Shown here: one piece after another, positions 54,182 through 62,532 of the stretch | Position numbering within the stretch: the first letter of the stretch is position 1 | Layout: the number at the start of each line of letters is the position of its first letter | Assembly (NCBI GenBank): GCA_963737655.1 | Contig: CAVTTN010000002.1 | Coordinates: forward strand, 2,624,001-2,688,000 | Origin: an uncultured Planctomycetota bacterium | GTDB taxonomy: Bacteria; Planctomycetota; Planctomycetia; Isosphaerales; Isosphaeraceae | Reading direction: 5' to 3' | Length of the DNA: 64,000 nt | Notes under the pieces: model-generated | Databases searched by the model: none | What the model saw: the letters and a program-made list of their open reading frames with translations, nothing else | What the model was told of the DNA's origin: nothing | Translations under genes and position numbers: made by a program

Positions 54182-54880
54182 TCAATCGCGCTTCGACCGC
54201 ACGGCGTCGATCTCGCAGCCGTGCAGATAGTAAACCCCGTACACGCTCGCCAATTGTCCATCGAGGCGGGCGCGGGTCTGGTTGATGAGTTCGGATCGCC
54301 ACCGCCTCGGAAGGTGGCTCCAGGTGTCCACCCTGACGAGGATCGCGGTGAGCGGGTCGTACCGGCCCGACAGCACTTTCCTTTCCGCCCTCTCCAATGC
54401 GACTGCGATCCAGCCGTCGTACTGCTCCGCCATATCCGCCATGCGCAATGGGCGTAGCATTTTCTTCTTCCCGACCGTCTGCGACAGGGCGGGCCGATGG
54501 ACCGTGCCGTTCTCGGCCAACTGCTGGCGGGCGAACACGGTTTCCTCGGTTTCGGTGGTGGTGACCTCCACCCTGATTTCGAGAGGCCTGAACCCGGCTA
54601 CGCGCAGCGTGGCATCGTACGGCTGGCCGCCCGTCAGGCACCGGATGAAGACGTCCTGCATCGGCGCGACGAACCGCAGGCCAAGGTAGCCGACCGGAAT
54701 TACCTCCTCGATGAGCTTTTTGACGTTCCTTCCGCTCTGGTTGAAGTAGATCGAGTCGAAATCCGGGGTGGCTTCCATCGCGTTGAATTGCGCGTTGATC
54801 CACCGCCACATTTCAAAGATGTGCCGCTCCTGCTCGTAATCGGCGGTCTCGATTTCGAAGGGAGGAGCGACCATATGCAT
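54182..54880 (-). CDS. Hypothetical protein, possible PD-(D/E)xK-like nuclease fold
   Basis: Lower-GC ORF with a PYDA...IRVEVT motif; start uncertain (54874, 54880 or 54976). Confidence 0.55.
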   Translation of the reverse strand: MHMVAPPFEIETADYEQERHIFEMWRWINAQFNAMEATPDFDSIYFNQSGRNVKKLIEEVIPVGYLGLRFVAPMQDVFIRCLTGGQPYDATLRVAGFRPLEIRVEVTTTETEETVFARQQLAENGTVHRPALSQTVGKKKMLRPLRMADMAEQYDGWIAVALERAERKVLSGRYDPLTAILVRVDTWSHLPRRWRSELINQTRARLDGQLASVYGVYYLHGCEIDAVRSKRD

Positions 54881-55058
54881 GCACTCGGCTTGCGTGGTGG
54901 GTTTCGCCTTGAGTATACGGAACAACAGGGGTGGCGGAAAGGGAAGACACCGGGCAGGCGAGTTCGCGAGGCTCAACTTCCCGATGGCGGCATAGCTGTA
55001 CCAATCGGGGTGCCGCGTCGCCCCACACCTCTCGCCCGCACGATTTGGTACAGCGATT

Positions 55059-55551
55059 GGGATGGGAAAAGGGGACGGGGATGGGAAAAGGGGACGGAGG
55101 AAATTCTCGGCGTTTCGTTCCTCAAGATGCGGGAAAACGGGATGTCAGGCAAGTCCACATTCAACTTTCCAAAGCATATTTCTCTCCGTCCCGAATGCCA
55201 TGAACGTCCCGAATGCCATGAAGTTAAGGGTTAGTCGTTGCCATTTCGGGGGCTGCGCCCGGGGGCGTCGAATTCCTTAGAGGTTGTCGCTTGTGGACTC
55301 TAGGGGCTTGCTGAACTATGGCCTCGGGAATTCGCGGTTCGGCCAAGTTGCGGACGCCGACCGGATGCTCGAAGGGATTCGGCGTCCCCGGGGCAGCACC
55401 CGAAATGGCAACGACTAACCATTAACTTCATGGCATTCCTCTCCGTCCCCTTTCGCCGTCCTCGTCCCCTTTCGCCGTCCTCCGTCCCCTTTCGCCGTCC
55501 TCGTCCCCTTTCGCCGTCCTCCGTCCCCTTTCGCCGTCCTCGTCCCCTTTC
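55059..55551. repeat. Repeat cluster C: two left-arm copies, a ~72-nt insert, a right arm interrupted by a MITE, then six tandem CGTCCCCTTTC copies
   Basis: GGGATGGGAAAAGGGGACG x2, then GAGGAAATT; alternating 20/19-bp units at 55441-55551. Confidence 0.88.
55193..55438. mobile_element. Non-autonomous IS4-family-like MITE with ~68-bp imperfect terminal IRs and an 11-bp target duplication
   Basis: Ends GAATGCCATGAAGTTAA... and ...TTAACTTCATGGCATTC. CTCTCCGTCCC at 55182-55192 and 55439-55449. 18-bp tandem duplication at the left junction. Confidence 0.8.
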
Positions 55552-55613
55552 TCACTCACGACCTCCTCCCGCCAGGTCGGACCGGGCCTGATGCCGGGGC
55601 GAAGGCGGGCGGT

Positions 55614-56714
55614 TCACTTCATAACGATCTTGAACAGGTCGAGGTCGCCACCGCCGGGCGTGACCGTTCCCACGAAGGAGCAGCCCGTCGCGGACGTCTT
55701 CATGTTCTGCCAGGTCGTGTCCTGGTAACCCGTCGCCGTCTTGGTCCGGATCATCTGCTGGCTCCGCTCCGTCGAGGCGTGGAGGAGGTAGCCCCCGTCG
55801 GCCAGCGACTGCCAATCCACGTTACGGACCCACGCCGAGCAGACGATCTGGATCTCGGGCCTGTCGCTCAAGGGGTCGCCCAGCACTTCCTTCTCCAGGA
55901 CTCCTCGATTGTGGTCGAAACAGATCTCGAACCCGAAGTGGATGCCCCCTATCTGCTTCCTCCCCGTCTTGCACCCCGGAGGCGAGATATGAAACTCAGA
56001 ATCGTCTTTCTGGACGCCATGCAACTCCTTGTATCCCGCCTTCTTGACGTACTTGTGTTCCAGGTCCCCGTTGAGGAATACATACGCTTGATTTTTATAA
56101 ATATAAGATCCGACAAGAAAGAGGTCCGACTCCCGGGCCACGTGTTTGGCGAGCTTGTATTGCTTCTTGAAATCGGCCTCCGAGTCGGCGTTCTGCGTGC
56201 CGATCTGGGTCTTGAATTGCTTGAACTTCGCCGGGAGCTTCTCCGTTCGTGCGCCCTTGAACTTCTCGCCCAGCGGGATTCCGTCGGAGTCGAGCTCCAC
56301 CTCATTCCGAATGGTCGCGGCGGACTTCACCCTGGAGGGATTGCGGTTCTCGGCCCGTTCCATGGACTTGCGGAACGCGACCGTCCCCGGAACGAAAAGG
56401 ATCCCCTTCGCGGATCGGCTCATCGCCTGGAGCCTGATCAGGATCTCGTCCTTGTAGTTCTCCTCGATCGGATAGTCTGAGGTCTTGTTCCCCCCGAGAT
56501 TGATCTGCTTGCTCACCATGTATTCCGGTGCGACGAAGATGCCCTTGATTGTGTTGAGGGACGGGTTGGTCTTTGCGGCGAAGAGCATATTCTCCTGGAT
56601 CGATTCTTCGAACTTCCACAGTGCATTTCCGAGGCACTTCAATCGATCATCGATGCTCTTCTCTCGCATTTTATGACCGAGGGAGTAGAGGCCCACAAAG
56701 ATCAAGGTGCTCAT
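55614..56714 (-). CDS. Carbon-nitrogen hydrolase (nitrilase superfamily)-like protein
   Basis: IFVAPEY (Glu), ILFVPGT, YVKK (Lys), FGFEICFDH (Cys) in nitrilase order; Lys-rich, lower GC. Confidence 0.65.
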   Translation of the reverse strand: MSTLIFVGLYSLGHKMREKSIDDRLKCLGNALWKFEESIQENMLFAAKTNPSLNTIKGIFVAPEYMVSKQINLGGNKTSDYPIEENYKDEILIRLQAMSRSAKGILFVPGTVAFRKSMERAENRNPSRVKSAATIRNEVELDSDGIPLGEKFKGARTEKLPAKFKQFKTQIGTQNADSEADFKKQYKLAKHVARESDLFLVGSYIYKNQAYVFLNGDLEHKYVKKAGYKELHGVQKDDSEFHISPPGCKTGRKQIGGIHFGFEICFDHNRGVLEKEVLGDPLSDRPEIQIVCSAWVRNVDWQSLADGGYLLHASTERSQQMIRTKTATGYQDTTWQNMKTSATGCSFVGTVTPGGGDLDLFKIVMK

Positions 56715-56874
56715 GAGGGTCTCCGCCTGGAGTTCCGGCGCGATCGATCGGGCGTGAAGGGGAGGGTCGGATCACGGGACGGGTCGGCGTCGGAGCGGGA
56801 CCTCGTCGTCGATCGCCGAAATTGTCCACAGATCGTAGATGAATGCTAGCGCATTCTCCAGGACTCGGAAAAGG

Positions 56875-57165
56875 AAGCAAAAGGAGGTCAGATCCGTAAG
56901 CAAAAGGAGGTCAGGAGCGAATGGCACAAAGCGAAGCGAAAACCTCTGGTGCATCAGCAGTTAGAGCAGATTCCCGGCATGTTTCCGAGAATGAATGCTC
57001 GCATGCGCACGAACCGATCAATTCATGATGTCTGGTATATTGCTGTATATTTGATACATTTCACGTCTGCATTATATTCAGGAACAATAGCCGGGCATGA
57101 GTTGGAAACTTAATCGAGTTAAGGTTTTGCGCCTTCCTTTAGTGCCATTCGCTCCTGACCCCTTG
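56875..57165. repeat. Repeat cluster D: second inverted-repeat family around an AT-rich ~175-nt core
   Basis: GGTCAGGAGCGAATGGCAC (56909-56927) and GTGCCATTCGCTCCTGACC (57142-57160), perfect 19 bp and ~45 bp imperfect. AAGCAAAAGGAGGTCAG is duplicated at the left outer end. Confidence 0.8.
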
Positions 57166-57305
57166 TCACGCTCGGCCGCTTGACCTCCAGGATCAAGAGG
57201 TACACCCCTAGACCCGTTGTTCACGGGCGGGCCGATGCGTCGAGCGGCTGGTCCGGCTAGACTGGGACGGTTCTCGCTGGAACCTGGACCCGGTGGACCT
57301 TCGCC

Positions 57306-59318
57306 ATGAGCGTGCGTGTTGTCGCCTTCGCCCTCCTTGCTGGCCTTTCGTGTTCGGTCGCGATGGCCCAGGCGCCCGCTCCGGCGAAGCGGTTCACCCC
57401 TTCGGATGCCGACCTGGCCAACCTGGCCTCGAAGATGGACCAGCTTGAGACGCTCTTGAACGAGGCGAAGGCGAAATTCCTCGGGGATGACGCCGTACGT
57501 GGCCCCGACGCCCTCGCAGATGCCGCCGTGTTCCTCCACGCGGGACGCCGGATCGTCCGGCTTGGCGAGTTCTTCCAGGAAGACTCTGCGGCGAGGACCG
57601 TCGAGGCCCTCAAACTGGGCGAATCGCGGGCCCGGGACCTTGCCGAGGGGAAGCATCCGTGGGCGTCGGCCAGGGGCGGCGTCGCCCGGGGCTATGTCTC
57701 GAAGGTGGATGGCTCGATCCAGCCGTATGCGGTTTACGTCCCCGAGGCTTATGACGGCTCGAAGAAGGTCCGGCTCGACGTGGTCCTCCACGGCCGGGAC
57801 GCGAGCTTGACCGAGGTCAAGTTCCTCCTGGCCCATCAGGGGAAGCCCATGCCCGAGGGGGAATCGGGCCTGGTCCTCCACGTCTTCGGCCGGGGGAACA
57901 ACGCCTATCGCTGGGTCGGCGAGACCGACGTCTTCGAGGCCATCGAGGCCGTGAAACGGAACTACCTCGTCGATGACTTGCGGGTCGTCCTCCGGGGGTT
58001 CTCGATGGGAGGCGCCGGCGCCTGGCATCTCGGCCTGCATCACCCCTCGGACTGGTGCGCCGTCGAGGCCGGCGCGGGGTTCTCCGAGACGAAGGCGTAC
58101 GCGAAGCTCAAGGAACTGCCGGACTACCAGGAAAAGGCCCTGCACATCTACGACGCCGTGGACTACGCCCGAAATGCCTGGATCGTCCCGATCGCCGGAT
58201 ACGGGGGCGAGGACGACCCTCAGAAGAAGGCTTCGGAGAATATCGAGGAGGCGTTGAAGGCCCTCGGCGTGACGATGAAGACCGAGGGACTCGTGACGAA
58301 GGCCGAGGGGATCGACTTCCTCCGGGTCGTCGGCGCGAAGACCGGGCACCGGGTCGACCCCGAGAGCGCGAAGGTCCTCAAGGCGTTCCGCGACGACCAC
58401 GCGGCGAAGGGCCTGGACCTGTTCCCGAAGCACGTCCGGTTCGTCACGTATACCCTCAAGTACAACGACGCCGAATGGCTGTCGGCCCAGGGCCTGTTCG
58501 AGCATTACAAGCCGGCGACGATCGAGGCGACGATCGAGGGGGACGTGGCCACGGTGACGGCCGAGAACGTGGCGGTCCTCGGCGTCGAGAGGCAGGCGGC
58601 CGAGACGATCAAGCTGGATGGCCAGGTGTTGCCGTTGCGGACGGCCGTCCGCGGGCTCCTGCCGAACGTCTATTTCCGCAAGATCGAAGCCGGCTGGGAG
58701 ACGCTCGATTACGACCAGTCCCGCGCGTTCCAGGAGAACACCGCCGGGGGCAAGAGGCACAATCTCCAGGGGCCGATCGACGACGCGTTTACCTCCGCGT
58801 TCCTCGTGGTGAGGCCGACCGGGACGCCCTGGAACCCGAACGTGGGGGAATGGTCCAAGGCCCGGATCGACCGATTCGTCGCCGAATGGGCCGAATTCGC
58901 CCGCGCCGAGCTTCCGATCAAGGACGATTCGCAGGTCTCCCCCGAGGACATCGAGACCAAACACCTGATCCTCTTCGGCGACCCCGGCTCCAACGCCGTG
59001 ATGGCCCGGGTGATCGGCAGCTTGCCGCTGTCGTGGACGAAGACCGAACTGTCGCTCGGGGGCAAGTTCCCGTCGGCCGACCACGTCCCCGCCCTGATCG
59101 CCCCGAACCCGCTGAATCGGCTGAAATACGTGGTCCTGAACAGCGGGCCGACCTTCGGCGCGAAGGAATTCCAGGGGACCAATGCCCTGTTGTTCCCCCG
59201 TCTGGGAGACTGGGCGGCCCTGCGGATCGGCAGCCGGACCGAATCGGCCGAGACCTCGGGGTTTTTTGATGAACGCTGGCGGATGCCGCCGGGGACCGCT
59301 CCGAAAATCCGGGACTAA
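57306..59318 (+). CDS. Secreted alpha/beta-hydrolase (peptidase S9/esterase-like)
   Basis: Signal peptide, VVLHG, GFSMGG nucleophile elbow, GEDD, GH. Confidence 0.8.
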   Translation: MSVRVVAFALLAGLSCSVAMAQAPAPAKRFTPSDADLANLASKMDQLETLLNEAKAKFLGDDAVRGPDALADAAVFLHAGRRIVRLGEFFQEDSAARTVEALKLGESRARDLAEGKHPWASARGGVARGYVSKVDGSIQPYAVYVPEAYDGSKKVRLDVVLHGRDASLTEVKFLLAHQGKPMPEGESGLVLHVFGRGNNAYRWVGETDVFEAIEAVKRNYLVDDLRVVLRGFSMGGAGAWHLGLHHPSDWCAVEAGAGFSETKAYAKLKELPDYQEKALHIYDAVDYARNAWIVPIAGYGGEDDPQKKASENIEEALKALGVTMKTEGLVTKAEGIDFLRVVGAKTGHRVDPESAKVLKAFRDDHAAKGLDLFPKHVRFVTYTLKYNDAEWLSAQGLFEHYKPATIEATIEGDVATVTAENVAVLGVERQAAETIKLDGQVLPLRTAVRGLLPNVYFRKIEAGWETLDYDQSRAFQENTAGGKRHNLQGPIDDAFTSAFLVVRPTGTPWNPNVGEWSKARIDRFVAEWAEFARAELPIKDDSQVSPEDIETKHLILFGDPGSNAVMARVIGSLPLSWTKTELSLGGKFPSADHVPALIAPNPLNRLKYVVLNSGPTFGAKEFQGTNALLFPRLGDWAALRIGSRTESAETSGFFDERWRMPPGTAPKIRD

Positions 59319-59466
59319 CCACTTGCATCGGGGCGTTCGGTCGTCATACTAGGACGTGATTGCATGCACCGGCCGGAGCAGGCCGGGGCCTTCGTGGGAG
59401 GGTTGGGCCCGACTCGTCGAGAGGGCCTCGGGATCGGTCCGCGGGCGACCTGGGAGAGATCCGACG

Positions 59467-60565
59467 ATGTTCGAGCGACCGAGTCGAGCGGAGGCGGGCC
59501 GGAGGCGGTCCGCCCTGGAAGCGAGTCCTCATTGCGAGCCCCTGGAAGGCCGGACCCTGATGGCCGCCTCCCCGGTGGCGAGCACCTCGCCGGCCCTCGT
59601 CCTGATCAATCCGGGAGGACCGTCGATCAGCCCCGCGCTGCTCCAGGCGGTCAATCAGTTCATCAACGACTTCGACGGGTTCGCCAACTCGGGCAAGCTG
59701 GCCCAGGCCGGGGCCACCCTGCAATCGGACCTCGCCGCGATCACCCTCGCGGCCGGGGCCCCGGGGGCGAGGGCCGTGGGCGTCCTGTCCAACGACGTCA
59801 ACTCGATCGTCGAGGGCGGGACGTTCAACCAGCAACAGGCCACCCTGCTCAACGGCGACCTCGCCGGGGTGCTCGGCGTCCCGGGCCTGACCCTGGCGGC
59901 GATCACGTCCAGCATCGGCGGGCCGGTCACGGCGAACCGGGTCGCGGGCCTCCCGCCGACGGAGCTCAACCAGGTCCTGACCGACATCAACGCCGTGGGG
60001 ACCGCCACCTCCCAGGTCCCCAGAGGCCAGAGCGGCGGAGAGGCCGCGACGACCTCATCGCCCCTGAGCCCTGCCGGGACGCTCACGCCCTCCCCGGCCC
60101 CGGGCGCCTATTCCCGGCTTTTGGATGACCTGAAGACGATCCTGGGCAAGTCGCGAGGGGCTCTCGCCGGCCCAGGCCAACGCCGTCCGCAACGACTTCG
60201 CGGCGATCTCGGCCGTCGGCCATCAGCCCGACGCCCAGGCCGTCGCCAGCCTCCGGGCCGACCTCGCCCAGGCCGCCGCCGTCGGCCGGCTGTCGTCGAA
60301 CCTCAAGACGAAGGTCTCGCAGGACTTCTCGGCCGTCCTGAAGTCCTCCGGAGTCGCCCCGGGGCTGGTCCACCGCTCCTCTCAGGACCTCAACGCCGTC
60401 CTCCACTCGCCGGACCTCGCCCCGGCCGACCTGAAAACGCTGATCGAGGACCTGCTCTCGGTCCTCTCGGCCCGGCCCTCGGCCTCTTCCTCCGGCTCCG
60501 CGACCCCAGCCCTCCGAAGCGGCCTCGGCGCCTGGTTCGTCGGCGGCAAGCCGATCGGCTCGTGA
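59467..60565 (+). CDS. Planctomycete extracellular protein (LEPR-XLL-type motif), frameshift near 60160
   Basis: CEPLEGRTLMA. An internal helical repeat (SDLAAI.. / NDFAAI..) continues in a second frame to TGA at 60563-60565. Confidence 0.6.
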
Positions 60566-60657
60566 TCGGCCACCATGAATCCCAGGAGTCTGCCCATCGT
60601 TGATGGATGGGTCGTTGTCCGAATCGTGTAGGGTCCGCTCTTGCGGACCCTGCAGGA

Positions 60658-61131
60658 CTAGGGGCCGATCGGGTCTCCGGGAGCGGATTGGCCGTTGCTG
60701 GAGCCGGCGCGGCGGCGGCGGACCTCGGCTTCCAGGACGGCCCGGCGTTCCTCGATCAGGGCCCGGCGGTGGCGGAGGGCGTAGGCGCGATTGGCGAGCC
60801 AGTCGATCAGGGCGAGGGTCAGGAGGACGAAGACCAGGCCGATCACGCCGATCCAGACCCAGGCGAACAGCTTGCCCGAGGCCCGATCGACGGGCTTCGT
60901 CGGCATCAGCGACAGCCCGACGAACATCCCGAGAGAGACCAGACCCATCAGGAACGAGCCCAGCAACCGCCTGCGGTCCTTCCGGGCGAAATGGGCCCGA
61001 TCGGCCTCGGAGAGTTCGACCGATCGCCTTGCCCGTTCGGCCCACTGGCGATAGGCGAAGGTCGCGGCGATCAGGAGGACCGCCGAGGCGATCACCCTTC
61101 CCTCGGTCAGGCCGGTCCGCGAGCCGGCCAT
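60658..61131 (-). CDS. Small membrane protein (3 TM)
   Basis: Three hydrophobic helices; its ATG overlaps the stop of the HxlR gene. Confidence 0.7.
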   Translation of the reverse strand: MAGSRTGLTEGRVIASAVLLIAATFAYRQWAERARRSVELSEADRAHFARKDRRRLLGSFLMGLVSLGMFVGLSLMPTKPVDRASGKLFAWVWIGVIGLVFVLLTLALIDWLANRAYALRHRRALIEERRAVLEAEVRRRRAGSSNGQSAPGDPIGP

Positions 61132-61523
61132 CACGGGGTCTCCGAGGAAGAAGGAACCGGACAGGCGCCGGCGGGCTCGGAATCGCCCCGTCGCTGGTGG
61201 GCGAGGCCCCATCGACACATCAACTCGGTGATCGGGCGGAGGGTCTGGCCGTAAGGGGTCAGCGAGTATTCGACCCGGGGCGGGACTTCGGCGAAAACCG
61301 CCCGGCCGACGATCCCATCGGCCTCAAGCTCGCGGAGCTGCTGGGCCAGGACGCGCTCGCTGATCCCGGAAAGCTTCTTGCGAAGCTCGCTGAACCGAAG
61401 AGTGCCCTCCTTCAGCCAGAACAGGATCAGGACCTTCCACTTGCCGCCGATCACACCCAGGGTCGCCTCGACCGGGCAGGCCGGCGACTTCCTCCGTTTC
61501 GCCGTCGGGCCGACACTGGCCAT
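61131..61523 (-). CDS. HxlR family winged-helix transcriptional regulator
   Basis: CPVEATLGVIGGKWK..LRFSEL..L.QQLRELEADG..VPPRVEYSLT. Confidence 0.92.
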   Translation of the reverse strand: MASVGPTAKRRKSPACPVEATLGVIGGKWKVLILFWLKEGTLRFSELRKKLSGISERVLAQQLRELEADGIVGRAVFAEVPPRVEYSLTPYGQTLRPITELMCRWGLAHQRRGDSEPAGACPVPSSSETP

Positions 61524-61651
61524 GCTGACTCCCAGGTTCGTATCGAACCTCCTCGTGCGTTCTTGAGGGCCTCGGCGTCCCAGCCTACAATCCGCCCGCC
61601 CTGGGGGCCAGACGGCCGTTTGCTCGTTTTTTTCACGGAGGGAGACACGTC

Positions 61652-62506
61652 ATGATTCTCGTCCTCGGAGCGACTGGAACCAACGGCAAGGAACTCGTCG
61701 CCCGGCTGGCGGCCGGAGGCCATCCGGTCCGGGCCTTGGTCCGCGACCCGGCGAAAGCCGCCCGCCTGTTGCCCGAGAACGTCGAGCTTGTGGCCGGAGA
61801 CCTCGACGACCCCGCCTCAATCGTCTCCGCCTTCGATCAGGTCGATCGCGCCTTCTTCCTCGCCACGTTCGATCCGCGGTTCGTCGGCTGGTTCACCAAC
61901 TTCCTCGGCGCCGCTCGGCGCGCCGGCCGCCCCTCGATCGTGAAGTTCTCGGCGATGGGGGCGGCGGAAGCGTCGTCCGTGGAGATCCTCCGCCAGCACG
62001 GAGAGACCGATTCGGCCCTGATCGCCTCGGGCCTCCCGTCCACGATCCTCCGACCGAACTCCTTCCATCAGAATCTGTTGTGGTCGGCCGGAACGATCCG
62101 CGACCACGGCGCCTTCTACCTGCCCATCGGCGATGCGGCCCAAAGCCTGGTGGATGTCCGCGACATCACTTCCGTCGCCTTCGAGGCCCTGACAAAGCCC
62201 GGTCATCAGGGCAAGATTTACGAGCTTACCGGCCCGGAATCCCTGACGTATCATGAAGTCGCGAAAGGTATTGCGGACGCGATTGGCAAGCCCGTGAGGT
62301 ACGTGCCCGTCCCGCCCGAGGCCGCCCTGGACTCGATGAAGAAGGCCGGGACGCCCGAGTGGAACGCCCGCGCCCTGATCGACCTGTACACCATGTTCGC
62401 CGCGGGAGACGCCTCGAGGACGACCGGGACGATCGCCGAGGTCCTCGGCCGACCGCCGATCTCGTTCGCGCAATTCGCCCGGGAACACGCCGGGGCGTTC
62501 TCATGA
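61652..62506 (+). CDS. NmrA-like NAD(P)-dependent atypical SDR oxidoreductase
   Basis: ILVLGATGTNG, VRALVRD, LRPNSF, VDVRDI, YELTGPE; divergent from HxlR. Confidence 0.9.
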   Translation: MILVLGATGTNGKELVARLAAGGHPVRALVRDPAKAARLLPENVELVAGDLDDPASIVSAFDQVDRAFFLATFDPRFVGWFTNFLGAARRAGRPSIVKFSAMGAAEASSVEILRQHGETDSALIASGLPSTILRPNSFHQNLLWSAGTIRDHGAFYLPIGDAAQSLVDVRDITSVAFEALTKPGHQGKIYELTGPESLTYHEVAKGIADAIGKPVRYVPVPPEAALDSMKKAGTPEWNARALIDLYTMFAAGDASRTTGTIAEVLGRPPISFAQFAREHAGAFS

Positions 62507-62532
62507 GCCGGGCGAGCTGCCGAAAGCCTTGA

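Noticed and set aside
53839..55551. Tandem units as mini-CRISPR arrays
   Set aside because: Units are 17-20 bp with no unique spacers between copies; they are simple tandem amplifications.
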